This document shows, piece after piece, positions 1 to 13,543 of a stretch of 64,000 bases of DNA. The notes under the pieces were generated by a model. The model saw only the letters and a program-made list of their open reading frames with translations. It was not told where the DNA came from and ran no database searches. Both the position numbers and the translations under genes were made by a program. This stretch comes from Octopus sinensis. Its lineage: Eukaryota. The stretch spans positions 23,870,001-23,934,000 of the forward strand of contig NC_043018.1 in NCBI RefSeq assembly GCF_006345805.1, read 5' to 3'. Numbering within the stretch: position 1 is the first letter of the stretch; the number at the start of each line of letters is the position of its first letter.

Positions 1-76
1 AAATTTTTTTGGAAACCACTCGAAATAAAGGACGAATCCATATTCAACCTTTTACACACGTATATATGTGCATATG

Positions 77-129
<53 letters not shown>

Positions 130-235
130 TGTCGCTTCACTGTACCAACGTCGCTTCACTACCAATGTCGCTTCACTTACCAACGTCGCTTCACATACCA
201 ACGTTGCTTCACATACCAACGTCGCTTCACTGGCA
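130..235. repeat. Minisatellite, ~6 copies of a 17-19 bp unit (GTCGCTTCACATACCAAC)
   Basis: Direct tandem repeats visible in the sequence; they run into the dispersed repeat at 230-365. Confidence 0.9.
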
Positions 236-365
236 CGTGCAAAAGGATTCAAGCGAGATCGTTGCCAATACCGCCTGACTGGCGCCCGTGCCGGTGGCAC
301 GTAAAAAGCACCCACTATACTCTCGGAGTGGTTGGCGTTAGAAAGGGCATCTAGCTGTAGAAACA
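230..365 (+). mobile_element. Dispersed retro-repeat fragment (GGCACGTAAAAAGCACC...GGGCATCTAGCTGTAGAAAC family)
   Basis: The same sequence recurs at 53693-53897 (+), where it ends in GATGATGA. Reverse-strand 3' ends occur at ~49850, 50525, 53175, 62935, 63420 and 63950. Confidence 0.7.
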
Positions 366-369
366 CCTG

Positions 370-985
370 GTGTAAGCTATGGACACATAAGAGGTGCAGC
401 AACATCAAAGGAAAATTAACCAAGATAGCTTCCGTGTGCGACAGATGCACAGGGGCATTAAACACCACAGATTCCATTACACTCCAGGGGTAAAAACTAG
501 AAGTAGTTGACAGCTTCCGCTACCTAGGTGACCAAGTTAGTTGTGGGGATGGATGCTCAGAGAGTGTTACCACTAGAATAAGAATAGCCAGGGCAAAGTT
601 TAAAAAGCTTCTACCCCTACTGGTGACAATGGGCCTCTTGCTCAGAGTGAAAGGAAGATTGTACAATGCATGTGTGTGAACTGCCATGCTTCACAGCCGT
701 GAAACATGGGCCGTGACTGCGGAGGACATGCGTAGGCTTGAAAGAAATGAAGTTATATCTATGTACGAAATGATTGCATGATCTGCTGGATGTGTAATGT
801 CAGTGTGCACACATGACAGAGTGTAAGCGCCCTGAGAGAAATGTTGGACATAAGAAGCATCGGATGTGGCATGCAAGAGACGTTTGCGCTGATGTGGTCA
901 TGTACTAGGGATGGATGAGGAGAGCTGTGTGAAGAAGTGCCACTCTCAAACAGTTGAAGGAATCTGTTTGAGGTAGACCCAGGAA
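370..985 (+). mobile_element. Degenerate RTE-clade LINE, 3' part of ORF
   Basis: Manual translation gives GVKLEVVDSFRYLGDQVS...RIRIARAKFKKLLPLL...VKGRLYNACV*TAMLHSRETW, typical of the RTE post-RT region; contains stops and frameshifts. Confidence 0.8.
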
Positions 986-1024
<39 letters not shown>

Positions 1025-1196
1025 GTGTTTATGAATGAGTGCGTGTGTGAATTTGTTTTGAGAATAATTTTCTGCCTCTCTATAAGTATATAAATGTGTG
1101 TGCTTGTGTGTGTGAGTGTGGTGTGTGTGTGTGTGTGTGTGTGTAGCACATATGTGCATCACAATTCATCTTCTTAGAGACACTATAAAGAAGATC

Positions 1197-3420
1197 TAGT
1201 GTTTCCCAAACTTTTTGCGCCAAATTGCAATATTGCCCTCCTATCAGCCAAAAAAATTCTCTATTGCCCACCTGTGTAACAAAAACCCTGACACAACCCC
1301 CAACACAAAATCCCCTAGCCCCACCCCTATATCATTTGACACACACACACACACACTGCATTGTAGACTCATTGCCCTGTTAGTGCCATTTGGACTAAAT
1401 ATATAGTTGTTTACAAATCCCTTATTGTAGGTTTAGTTTTGCCGTTAGTGTCAATAAAATGTTGACTCTATATTATGCTGACAAATTAACTTCTGGAAAC
1501 TTGCACTTTCTTTTCACTGATTTTTATTTTCCCCAAATGAACCATTGATCAGAATTAGTGATGCAAAAATAATTAATGATTGTATTATAAAGGAAAAGAA
1601 TACAACTTTTTAATGGGAACCATGTGTCTGGTGTGATGCAATTGTGCAGATACATTCAGTTTCAAACTTGTCAACTTTAGCTGCAAGTCTCCTTGTTGTG
1701 TCACTTCCAGTCTAATTCTTTTATGGGAAAATAAAGTTCCAGCATGGTTAAAACCAGATTCAACCAGATATGAGGTAGGGAAGGCAAGCAAAAGCAATTT
1801 CAGATGTTTTCACAGACAGGGGTAGGAATTTAATATACTCTGATGGTACCACAAACCTTCTTCGCCATTACAGTGATATTGCATTGTGGTGTCATTGTTA
1901 TTTTGTAACTCTATGAATTCCTGCTGAACGTCAGTCATCCTTGCAATCATCTGCATTGATCTCAAATGGATTGCTATACCAATTTGGAATATTCAGGTCA
2001 ATAAAATCTTGAAATCGCTCCACCATGTTATCGTGCAGTGATTGTAAATAGTTGCAATATGTAGTTAAATCCTCATCAACTAATTTGTCTTTCAAAGAAT
2101 CAAGTTGTGGAAATTGATGGAATTGACGTTTTGAAATGTTAGTTTTTATACAACACCAATTTCAAAATGAAGGTAGTGATAAATGATTTACAATCAATGA
2201 GAGTCTTTCTGTTTCCTTGCAACAACTTAATCAAATCATTTAATTTTGTGAGTATATCACAAAGAAAAAAGATATCGTACCTTGCAGCCATCAATGAAGT
2301 GGATAGTGGAGTAGTTTCAAAGAAAGATGTGATTATATGAAACTGTTCAACAAATCGTAAAACAGTTTCCTTTTGACAGCCACTGCACTTCAGTATGGTA
2401 TAATAGTTTAGAATTGTCCTCATCATTTCTCAAACAGAGTTGACAGAATATTCGATGAGACAAGGGATTGGACTTCAATTTGTTCAGTCTTGATAACTAA
2501 CTGTAGTGCATCATTCAACCTATTGTTCATATTTTTTTGCCACTAAATGCTGCTGTTGTGCCAAGCAATGAGCAGTTAGTATCTAGTGGGAAATTTCATG
2601 TTTTAGGAGAGATGAAAAGCTTCCTATCATCGAAGGGGCTCCAGCAGATGCACAGGCAAGAATATTACTGAGTGGGATATTATGTTCAAAAAGGAAAGAC
2701 TTGAGAGTGTGAAAAATAGATGCCCCTCTTGAATCAAGCGGCCATTTCCCTGTGAAAGCATTTCCTCACAAGGTTGAAGGTCTTCACTGAAATACCAAAT
2801 ATATACCATCATCAAACTTTGATTGTCCACACCAGTTGACTCATCCACTTGTATAGAAAATTCAGAATGCTGGAGAATATTAATAAGCTGATGTTTGACA
2901 TCAGAGGCCATTTCATCAATGCTTCGAAAAATTGTGATATTACTAAGTGGGATCTTCTTCATAATGTTATCAGGATTTTCATGCATAATGGTTGACAAAA
3001 CCTCTTTGAAAACTGGGTGAAGTAATGTTTCTCCAATTGTGTGAAACTTCCCAGACTTAGCAACAAGCAAAGGAATGTTGTACAATGCAATCAACCTGCA
3101 ATTCTCCTGTTTACTAGTTTACTGGAGTAGCGTTTTGAATGTTTGTATTTACTTTTTAGAAGAGGAGCTCAGTTGCAAAAAGTATGATAACGGCTTGTCC
3201 TTCTTGTCAGAATGCTTTGCTCAAAATGATACTTCAAGTGTGAAGGTCTCATTGCTTTGTTGGTCAATGTCTGAAGGCAAAGAAGGCACATTGGTAACTG
3301 ACAGTTCTGAGGAGAGGGAATAAATCCAAACAATAAATAATCACTACTGTACTGTTGACAAATTTTCTTGACTATTTTATAATTATATACTTAAAAATTA
3401 ATTTTACCAATATGGTCAGT
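1197..3420 (-). mobile_element. Decayed hAT (Buster/Charlie, ZBED5/8-like) DNA transposon with fragmented transposase
   Basis: N-terminal QQYSSDYLLFGFIP (~3320-3360); ORF 2627-3094 has HTIGETLL..PLSN..SIQVDEST; C-terminal dimerisation motif LLLAFPTSYLVESGF (1585-1797); TIR-like TAGTGTTTCCCAAAC at ~1197. Confidence 0.85.
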
Positions 3421-3501
3421 TTTTATACGCTAACCACTGATATAATCATCAAAATGATTATATCCTTAATTTATAAGTATATATATGTATATGTATGTAT
3501 G

Positions 3502-3535
<34 letters not shown>

Positions 3536-6015
3536 ATATATACACACATATATATATATATGTATATGCATATACATATATATATGTGTATTAAAATTTG
3601 AATAAACTTCCATATATTCTCTATGCATGTTGAACTTCATTTATTTCTTCTATTCTACTGTTTGCTTAGTAGAGGCACATAGCTTAGTGGTTAGGAAGTT
3701 GGACTCATGATCATAAGATTGTGGTCTTGATTCCTGGATCAGGCAATGCATTGTGTTCCTAAGCAAAACACTTCATTTCTCATGGCTCCAGCCCACTCAG
3801 CTCCTAACGACAATTATTGACATTCTACAAAGCTCAGCTATAAGGTCTAATTTGAAGTATTGCTTTCAGATCTGGTGTAGCAGTGTAGCTGCACACAGAG
3901 ATATGGTACACCACATCTAGAAAAGAGTAACCCAACTTTGGCATAAAGTCACTCACAGACACACTCCAAAGTTTGATCCACATCCATGATGTTTTCTTTC
4001 TGTTACTCTTACCATAAAATGTTCTGCTTCTTGGAGTTGGCTAGGCTCATGTTACCTTCACTTAGGCATTCTCATTCCATTTGTTCCTCTCCCCTCATCA
4101 CACTTGTTGTATGCAACCATACAGTCACAGGCCCCACAATAACCCTTTGGAACTGTCTTCCCAATTCTTATCTTTCCTGCTGATCTTCACTCAAAAACGT
4201 TCAAGAACATCAATTTCATTAGTTTGAATCTATGTATGCATATATACACAAATATGTACATTATATATATGTTTGTGTGTGTGTATAAATAATATATAAA
4301 TATATGCATATATACATGCATATATGTACATACCTACATATATATGTATATATACATGCATATATGTACATACCTACATATATATGTATATATACATGCA
4401 TATATGGATACTATATATGGTTATTAAAGAAGGGTTTTGTTAGGGGAGATTTTCAGTTTAAATTTTTCTGATGTCGAAGGTTCGTCGTTTTGTCAATGGA
4501 CCGGAAGTTGTTGTTCGCAAACAACAGCAGTAATTTTCTTCAGCTGAATACATGTCACTGATTGATTAAAATTACCCAAATACGACAATTTTAACATGAA
4601 ATAACTTCTAAAATACAAAATTTTGTCAAAATCGTTAATAGTAAACCTTGTTCTGCGTGACACAATCAACCAGTATCCGAAACTTCAAAGTGTTTAGTTA
4701 TAAAAAATTAATTAAAAAATCTGTGCATAAGATGGGACAGATCCATGAGGTGTAGCAAGTTATATTTGGTGTGGAGACCCAGACCATATACTAGCAACAA
4801 AATGGACTTCACTAAATTCCCTCAAGGACTAGGTGGTGGTATTAAATCTGGCGATGGATTAAACTTACCACTCATATATACACATTGTAATTAAACTTTC
4901 TATTGGACAAGTTGTAAGCTATTGGTTACATTTATTAAATGGCAAAATGCGCAAATATATCAGTAAACCAGCCAATTAAAGGGAGACAAATTAAAATTTT
5001 GCTTAAAAGAAATGAAGATAAATTATAATTACTTCCCTTACTAAGTTATTCGGGATCGGTGTCTAAGATCTTTTTTTTATTCTCAGAGTCGCTTTCTTTT
5101 TTTCCTTCCGTGACACTAATTAATTTGCAAAAGGCCTCCACATCACGAAATTTCGTTTGGTTCTCATTAGTTAAAAGTTACTCAAATGTAAAGCTCTATT
5201 ATTGACCTATAACACACCGAAACCTATAAAAAATCCTAAGTAACATAAAGTTACAAAAGATTACATACAAAATTTATGCAACACCAGAAAAAGGATGCCT
5301 CTCACGAGTTACTTGAATTGCTGGAAATAGCAGCCAGACGATCTTAAAATCACATCCTACCATCTTCAAAAGGAAGCGATACATTAGATAATGCGAGCCC
5401 AGATACTTATATGCCGGTGTTGATAAAATAAGTACCAGTTGAGCACTGGAGTCAAATGTCATCGATTCAGCCCCCCACCCTCTAAAATTTCTGGACTTGT
5501 GCCATAATTTGAAAACAATGTTGTTTTACTTTCTTTTACTTAAATTTTTTGTTGAAAATATACCTATATTTCAATGAAACAAAGTAACATTTTGTAACAT
5601 TAGACCGAAACCGGTATTGTTATTATTCTCATATCTTTCTAACTAACTATTTTGCTTGTTGAAAGTAACATTTATCCCAGTCATAAAACAGGGGGTCTTA
5701 CACTTATCCAAAATAATATATGAACAAAAAAAAAAAAACCCAGGCATTCCGGGATGGAGGAACGCCTGGTAGTGAAATAGGGATCAGTCAGAAAAAAAAA
5801 AGAAGAAAAAACTACTCCATTATATCTCTTAGTTTCTCTTCATCTCCTTTGTAAACTTGTCTGTGTGTTGCTCTCCAAAGGAAACCTCGGGCATGGAATT
5901 TCTTTTTTATCCATTATTCTGGATTGCATCTGGATCACCCCGAGAAATTTGGAAAAGATTCATTAAGAAATGGCGATGTTGTTTCAAGACTGATAAACAT
6001 CAACACTTAAAGATA

Positions 6016-6550
6016 TTCTGGGTTGTCCGGAAAGTCTGTGCGATTTTTAAAGGAAAGAAAAAGGTCAATAAATACTCGCCATTACATTTTTAATCAACCA
6101 AATATGAACCATTTTGTTGCACAATGCGTCTCCATCTTTCCTTTAACTTGAAAATACCCTCTTCCCAGAATTGAGGTGGTTTCATGGCAAAGAATTCATC
6201 AAGGTATCTTTTTACGCCATCCAAGGAATTGAAATTTTTACCATTAAGACTATTCTGCAGAGATCTGAATAAGTGGAGAGTGGGGTAACACATCCCAGCC
6301 GAGCTGCAGCAATTTTTGTCTGGTTCCAAAAGCATCAAGTGCCGAAAATGAACTTTCTTATCATCCATTTTATAGGGTTACAGAATTAACACAGGTTATA
6401 GGAACATAAACCTTCTTCCACGAAAAGATAGCTTAAACTGTGCTCTAAATGGAGGTGTAGTCAAATCCTATTTTATGGACTGAACCATGTTCTAAAATAA
6501 GTCGAAAGGTAAGCTACTATAAATCGGCACGAACTTTCCGAACAACCCAA
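6016..6550 (-). mobile_element. Internally deleted mariner element
   Basis: Imperfect TIRs (GGGTTGTCCGGAAAGT / ACTTTCCGAACAACCC) with TA flanks. ORF 6090-6368 fuses the mariner N-terminus (MDDKKVHFRHLML) to the C-terminus (HLFRSLQNSLNGKNF...GIFKLKERWRRIVQQNGSY). Confidence 0.9.
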
Positions 6551-7093
6551 TAGATCTATCTAGCTACTGACAAGGTATGGCCAACCCGAGGTTTAGAGTC
6601 TGTGGCGAAGTTGAGGAGGTGGTGACAATGGGGTAGTCCGGACCATGCAGCGCTTCTAAGGGGATGGCATTTTTTGGTCTGGTTTATAAACCTGTGTAGA
6701 GGCGGAAGGCGGCATACCCAAGGGCTACCCCGAGTGGAAAACACTCTAAGTACGTCACATGCTATAATTGACAGTACTAATCGTAAGTACCATACAGTGG
6801 AATCGAACTGAGAACCATGCGGTTACAAAACAAAAGTTATTAACCATAATGCCATATTCTTAGGGATTAATTGCTAGATACACAATCCTTTCTAATAAAG
6901 GCACAAGGCCTGCAATTTGGAGGAGGGGAATAGTCGATTACATCGACCCCAGTGTTTTACTGATACTTATTTCATCAACCACGAAAGGATGAAAGGCAAA
7001 GTCGACCTTGGTGGAATTTGAACTCAGAACGGATAATGATCCTGCCAGCTTGCCGCCTTTTTATAAGGATAATAATAGTCCTTTCTACTATAG

Positions 7094-7639
7094 CATGGTT
7101 TCTCAACCATTTTTTCATCTATGGACCCCTTTAATTACTATTTTATTCTGGTGGACCCCATAGCCATTTGATGTTTAAAGCCTAATTTTATAGAAACTTC
7201 GTTCCATTTTCTATTCTGTTTTTCACACATTAACTTGTGTAGGTTGAACTATGTAAAATGTTGAAGAAACCTTATACCTGTTGTTACACATTCATATCTA
7301 TGTGTATACGTGGGTATACATGTGTAGAATACACCCCACACTTTTGGCACTATTTTGCAAGTAAACAGTACGAACTGTGTCTAAAGTATAATGTTGACAG
7401 TTCGTATAACAAGAATAAGTAAATAAACACGTAAAACAATAACAATGCCTTCATTGAGTTGTCTATCAGCCCATCGAGAACGAAACATGCATAACACCTG
7501 TTTCTTACAATAAATACGTCTAAGGCAAACATTTTAAAGATACTCCTGGGGATCCTCAATTTACTATTTCGTTGCATGGACCCCCAAAAATCTTATATGG
7601 ACTCCCCAGGGCCATATGGGCCCCAGTTGAGAACCAATG
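7094..7639. mobile_element. Non-autonomous hAT (Buster-type) MITE
   Basis: TIRs CATGGTTTCTCAAC / GTTGAGAACCAATG; 8-bp TSD TACTATAG/TACTACAG with central TA; related to the copies at 31893-32224 and ~43255-43780. Confidence 0.85.
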
Positions 7640-7753
7640 TACTACAGGGACAAGGCATAAAATTTTATCAATACCGAAAGACGAAATGCCTCAATTGATA
7701 GATACATATTGAGACTGCGGCCATGCAGGGATTAGAGTCAATTATATTTGGTA

Positions 7754-8139
7754 CTAGCAGTATCGCCCGGCGTTGCTCAGGTTTGTAAGGGAAATAACTA
7801 TAAAGCATTTTTAGAGAGTTATAGCCAAAAAATAGAAAAAAAATGGAAAAAAAATGATGGTAAATTTTTTTTGAGAGTTAAAAAAGGTGGAGTTGCGTCC
7901 CTAGACGGTCTGTGGTTTGGTTTCTGATTCTCATTCTCGACCCCATGTCGAATTTATCGATTTTTTCAGAACTGGGGGAACTTTTCAAAATTTTCGCTGC
8001 GTTAGTTTTGAATTATGACTTGGGCTATGTGTGTGTCAAGTTTCATCAGAATCGGTTGAAAGCCGTGGTCAGGGTGAGGGTACGAGAAAACAGACACACA
8101 GAAAACGCACAGACAAACTGCCGTTTATATAGAGAGAGA
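7754..8139 (-). mobile_element. Non-autonomous Helitron (variant 5' body)
   Basis: On the minus strand it starts TC and ends hairpin-GATACTG-CTAG, inserted at A|T. It shares its 3' end with four other copies in the window. Confidence 0.75.
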
Positions 8140-8342
8140 TTTCGTCTGGTTTTTATCACATCAATATTGGAAGATAGGAAATGCAAAGTGGACACAGGTG
8201 TAAAAGACAACCCAATGCTATGGTATTATGTGGTGGGATCGAACTCGGAAACATTTGGTTACAAAGCGGACTTCTCTACCACAAAGCCTTGCATGCAACC
8301 AAAGATAGGTAATAAAGATGGGTATATTAGGGAGAGGCAAAT

Positions 8343-8344
<2 letters not shown>

Positions 8345-8411
<67 letters not shown>

Positions 8412-8463
8412 GCACAGAAAGAGAGACAGGCAGATAGATAGATGCACAGAAAGAGAGACAGGC

Positions 8464-8498
<35 letters not shown>

Positions 8499-8644
8499 GA
8501 GGAGAGGGAGAGAGCGAGGGGGAGGGAGTGACTGATAGATAGACAGACAGAGACAAACAAGCGGACAGATAGATAGGTAGAGAGAGGGAAGGGATAAAGA
8601 GAGACAGGATGGAAATAGAAAGAGGAGGAAGAGATAACTGGCTG

Positions 8645-8722
<78 letters not shown>

Positions 8723-8772
8723 CAGACAGATAGGTAGATGGATGGATGGATAGATTGATGGCTAGATTGATG

Positions 8773-8837
<65 letters not shown>

Positions 8838-8840
8838 GGA
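8345..8840. repeat. Compound (GATA)n/(GA)n microsatellite
   Basis: Visible directly in the sequence. Confidence 0.95.
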
Positions 8841-9455
8841 GCAAAAATAATATAGAAACACATGGGGAGAGAGAGAGAGAGAAACAGACAGACAGACAGA
8901 CAGGCAGTCAGAGAGAGAGGGGGGGGAAGAGACTGACGATGTCCTGCCCCGTCTTTCTCCTTTATCTTTGTTAAGATTTTCTCCTTAGCTAATAATCGTT
9001 TGTGACCAGTTTTCTACGGCTGGTGCCATTCAAACTATCCAGCCAGCACCACCATGGTGGTGCTGATAGGACGACACTATGTTACTGCCTTATTGCCTGC
9101 AATAAACACCCTCATATATTCATCGTTTCCACTTAAAACGGCTGTCATGGCCTTTTTTAAACGTGCATCCTCCATCCTTCACCACCACCGCCGCTACCAC
9201 CACTACCCACCACTTCAGTTTTGCACTGACGGCGCACGCACGCACGCACACACGCACGCACGCAGCACTGGACCTCACACGCACACACACAAACACAATG
9301 CCGCGCAGACCGCGCGCACATATACATATACATACACACTCGTGCGCACGTATTCGGCATGGTATAATAAAAACAATAGTCACGAAACAAATCTTGGATA
9401 AATTTTGGTCAATAGGAGCCCAGGCCAAATTTAACATAATGAATGAATCAGTGAA

Positions 9456-9494
<39 letters not shown>

Positions 9495-9719
9495 AATAAA
9501 TAAATAAATAAATAAATAAAATAAATAAATAAAATAAATAAATAAATAAAACACAAATATATGCGTATCTAACTTTCTTCAATTTCCTCCCCTTTCGTTC
9601 TATCTATCCCTTTCTATGAGTGTTTGTGTATGTATGTGTATCGCTCTCTCTTTCTCTCTCTTTCCACACATATGCGCACACAGACATAAACACACACTAC
9701 GCAATAAAGATTTTAAAAT

Positions 9720-10495
9720 CCTCTCTAATAAAGGCACAAAGCCTGATATTTGGGGTAGGAGGACTAGTCAATTGCATCGACCCCAGTGTTTCACTGGTAC
9801 TTAATTTATCGACCCTCGAAAGGATGAAAAGCAAAGTCGACCTCGGTGGAATTTGAACTCAGAATATAAAGACGAACGAAATACCTATTTCTTTACTACC
9901 CACAAGGGGCTAAACACAGGGAGGACAAACAAGGACAGACAAACGGATTAAGTCGATTATATCGACCCCAGTGCGTAACTGGTACTTAATTTATCGACCC
10001 TGAAAGGATGAAAGGCAAAGTCGACCTCGGCGGAATTTGAACTCAGAACGTATCGGCAGACGAAATACCGCCGAGCATTTCGCCCGGTGTGCTAACGTTT
10101 CTGCCAGCTCGCCGCTTTAATAATAATGATAATGATTTCTTTCATTGGCCACAAGGGCCAAAGACGTGGGGTGGGCTACAAGGGCACAAGACTTGAAGAA
10201 CAATATCGAAGGACAGACAAGTTACAACACAAAAAGATTATAAAACCAAAACATGTGGGGATAACTTCAATCAAAGGGAGATACTTTTCTACTCTAGGCA
10301 CAAGGCCCGAAATTTTGGGGGAGGGGGCCAGTCGATTAGATCGACCCCAGTACGCAACTGGTACTTATTTTATAGACCCCGAAAGGATGAAAGGCAAAGT
10401 CGACCTCGGCGGAATTTGAACTCAGAACGTAACGGCAGACGAATACGGCTACGCATTTCGCCCGGTGTGCAAACGTTTCTGCCAGCTCGCCGCCG
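9720..10495 (-). mobile_element. Cluster of 3 tRNA-headed SINEs with a Nin/Deu-like central domain
   Basis: Repeated GCCTTTCATCCTTTCGGGGTCGATAAATTAAGTACCAG core on the minus strand; more than 15 copies occur across the window. The Nin-like assignment is from recalled consensus. Confidence 0.8.
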
Positions 10496-10539
10496 TAAGG
10501 GGAGAGACTTCCACACTAAAGGATATAACAGGATATATA

Positions 10540-11750
10540 ATAGACAGTAGAGAGATAAATAACAATAAATAAATAGATAGAATCCCCAATAGCGGGGTAG
10601 TCCACTTAGAGTATTCCGAGGTATTCCACTTAGGTTATTCCCAGACAAAAATCCCATAGGAAAGTGCCCTCTTCCAGTTTCTTTTCTCCTGCATATTCAG
10701 AGTCGGTCCATTCAGTCTCACCAGTCTTGCCACTGTCGACCACCTTTTGATAAACACACTGGAAAGCAGCACCTCCATCTCTACCCTCACCTTCCTCTTC
10801 AAATGATATTTGAAGAAATTGATGAGGGCTTGACCAGATAGGAACGTGCCTATCCTCAAACCTTTCAGACGAGTCCACCATTCGCTATTTCCGCCCGGCG
10901 TTTCAAAGACAGCTTCATTTCTACCCATTTCTGGATGAGCTTGGCCACCCTAGTCGTGACCTCTTCCCAGTTCCTATCTACCTGAAGATCTGGTCCGAAG
11001 TAGACTCCGAACACTTTCACCGGACCCTCCGTCCAGCTACAGAAATCGCTTCTAGTCGACTTTCCTCTCCAAGAGTCCAGTTGCAGACCTACTCTATTGT
11101 CCTGGTTTATGAGAGTTCCTGTGCATTCCTGATATTCAGCACGCTGGGCGAAATGCTTAGCGGTATTTCGTCTGTCGTTACGTTGTGAGTTCAAATTCCG
11201 CCGAGGTCGACTTTGCTTTTCATCCTTTCGGGGTCGATAAATTAAGTACCAGTTCCGCACTGGGGTCGATGTAATCGACTTAATACCTATGTCTGTCCTT
11301 GTTTGTCCCCTCTATGTTTAGCCCCTTGTGGGTAATAAAGAAATAGGTATTTCGTCTGTCTTTACGTTCTGAGTTCAAATTCCGCCGAGGTCGACTTTGC
11401 CTTTCATCTTTTCGGGGTCGATAAATAAAGTACCAGTTTCGCACTGGAGTCGATGTAATCGACTTAATCCGTTTGTTTGGCCCCTCTATGTTTAGCCCCT
11501 TGTGGGTAGTAAAGAAATAGATATTCTTTCAGTATAGTGTCGATCTTTTCTATGTCCGAAGAGCCTGATGCCATGACAGTAACGTCGTCCGCGTATGCAG
11601 ACACAGCTCCCTTGTGACCTAGTTCCAGCGGGATACCCCTCAAATTCTCCATCACTTCGCAGCAAAGGTTCTAAAGCTAAAATATATAAAAGCAGGGAGA
11701 GGGGCATCCTTGGTGTACTGAGCATTCAATACTGAAAAGTTCTGAGAAGT
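10540..11750 (-). mobile_element. Degenerate L1/Tx1-clade LINE fragment (RT and C-terminus), interrupted by a SINE dimer
   Basis: PLSLLLYILALEPLLR, VSAYADDV, LKEY|QECTGTLINQD (rejoined after removing the SINE), VKVFGVYFG..NWEEV. Confidence 0.8.
11138..11519 (+). mobile_element. Tandem dimer of Nin-like SINE with 7-bp TSD GATATTC
   Basis: GATATTC at 11131-11137 and 11520-11526; removing the insert restores the L1 reading frame. Confidence 0.85.
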
Positions 11751-11942
11751 GACAAATCCTTTCTACTATAGGCACAAAGCCTGGATTTTGTGGGAAGGGA
11801 ACTAGTCGATAACTCCGACCCCAATACTCAACTGGTACTTAATTTATCGACCCCGCAAGGATGAAAGGCAAAGTCGACCTCGGCGGAATTTGAACTCAGA
11901 ACGTAAGGTCAAGCGAAATACCACTAAGCATTTCGCCCGCTT

Positions 11943-11983
<41 letters not shown>

Positions 11984-12046
11984 TAATAATATAATAATAA
12001 TAATAATAATAATATAATAATGATAATGATAATAATAATAATAATG

Positions 12047-12131
<85 letters not shown>

Positions 12132-12149
12132 TAATGATAATAATAATAA

Positions 12150-12229
<80 letters not shown>

Positions 12230-12268
12230 AATAATAATAATGATAATAATAATAATAATAATAATAAA

Positions 12269-12305
<37 letters not shown>

Positions 12306-12399
12306 TAATAAGGATTAATAATTAATAATAATTATAATAATAATAATAATAATAATAATATAATGATAATAATAAATAATAATGATAATGATAATAATA

Positions 12400-12447
<48 letters not shown>

Positions 12448-12476
12448 TAATAATAATAATGATAATAATAATAATG

Positions 12477-12548
<72 letters not shown>

Positions 12549-12644
12549 TAATGATTAATAATAATAATATAATAATAATAATAATAATAAATAATGATAA
12601 TGATAATAATAATAATAATGAATAATAATAATAATAATAATATA

Positions 12645-12681
<37 letters not shown>

Positions 12682-12683
12682 TA

Positions 12684-12718
<35 letters not shown>

Positions 12719-12735
12719 AATAATAATAATAATAA

Positions 12736-12766
<31 letters not shown>

Positions 12767-12940
12767 AAGAAGAAAACGAAGAAGAAAAAGAAGAAGAAGA
12801 GGAGGAGGAAGAAGAAGAAGAAGAAGACGAAGAAGAAGGAGGACGAGGAGGAGGAGGAGAAGAGAAGAAGAAGAAGAAGAAGAAGAAGAAGAAGAAGAAG
12901 AAGAAGAAGAAGAAGAAGAAGAAGAAGAATGATGATAATA
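11943..12940. repeat. ~1 kb compound trinucleotide tract (AAT/GAT)n grading into (AAG/GAG)n
   Basis: Visible directly in the sequence. Confidence 0.95.
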
Positions 12941-13163
12941 TGGTTTCAAATTTTGCCACAAGGACAGCCATTTTGGGGGAGCGGATGAGTCGATTACATC
13001 GACATCAGTGTTCAACTGGTACTTGTTTTATCGATCTCGAAAGGATGAAAGGCTAAGTCAACCTCGGTGGAATTTGAACTCAGAACGTTAGCGACGGGCG
13101 AAATACTGCTAAGCATTTCATCCAGAGCGTTAACAATTCTGCCAGCTCGCCGCTTTGATGATG

Positions 13164-13248
<85 letters not shown>

Positions 13249-13343
13249 AATAATAATAATAATAATAATAATATATATATATATAATATACGTTTAAATA
13301 TTTGTTGTGCAAGATTTTTATGTAAAGTCGTGTGTTGAGACAG

Positions 13344-13499
13344 ATATTGTTATATTTCGGAATGGTCATTTTGCCAGTTTAGCCAATAAAAACACACGAT
13401 TAATGTAAAAATAATTAACAATGAAGCAAAATAACACCAATATTATAGTGCGTGTGTTTTTATTGGCTAACTGGCAAATGACCATTCCGAAATATAACA

Positions 13500-13503
<4 letters not shown>
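13344..13503. repeat. Foldback inverted repeat (~55-bp arms) next to (TA)n
   Basis: 13344-13398 is the near-perfect reverse complement of 13451-13503. Confidence 0.9.

Positions 13504-13543
<40 letters not shown>

Noticed and set aside
12332-13015. Long low-complexity ORFs (poly-I/L/S/R; also YLSI, CVCV, HTHT, MYVC ORFs throughout)
   Set aside because: These are translations of microsatellites with no splice or homology support.
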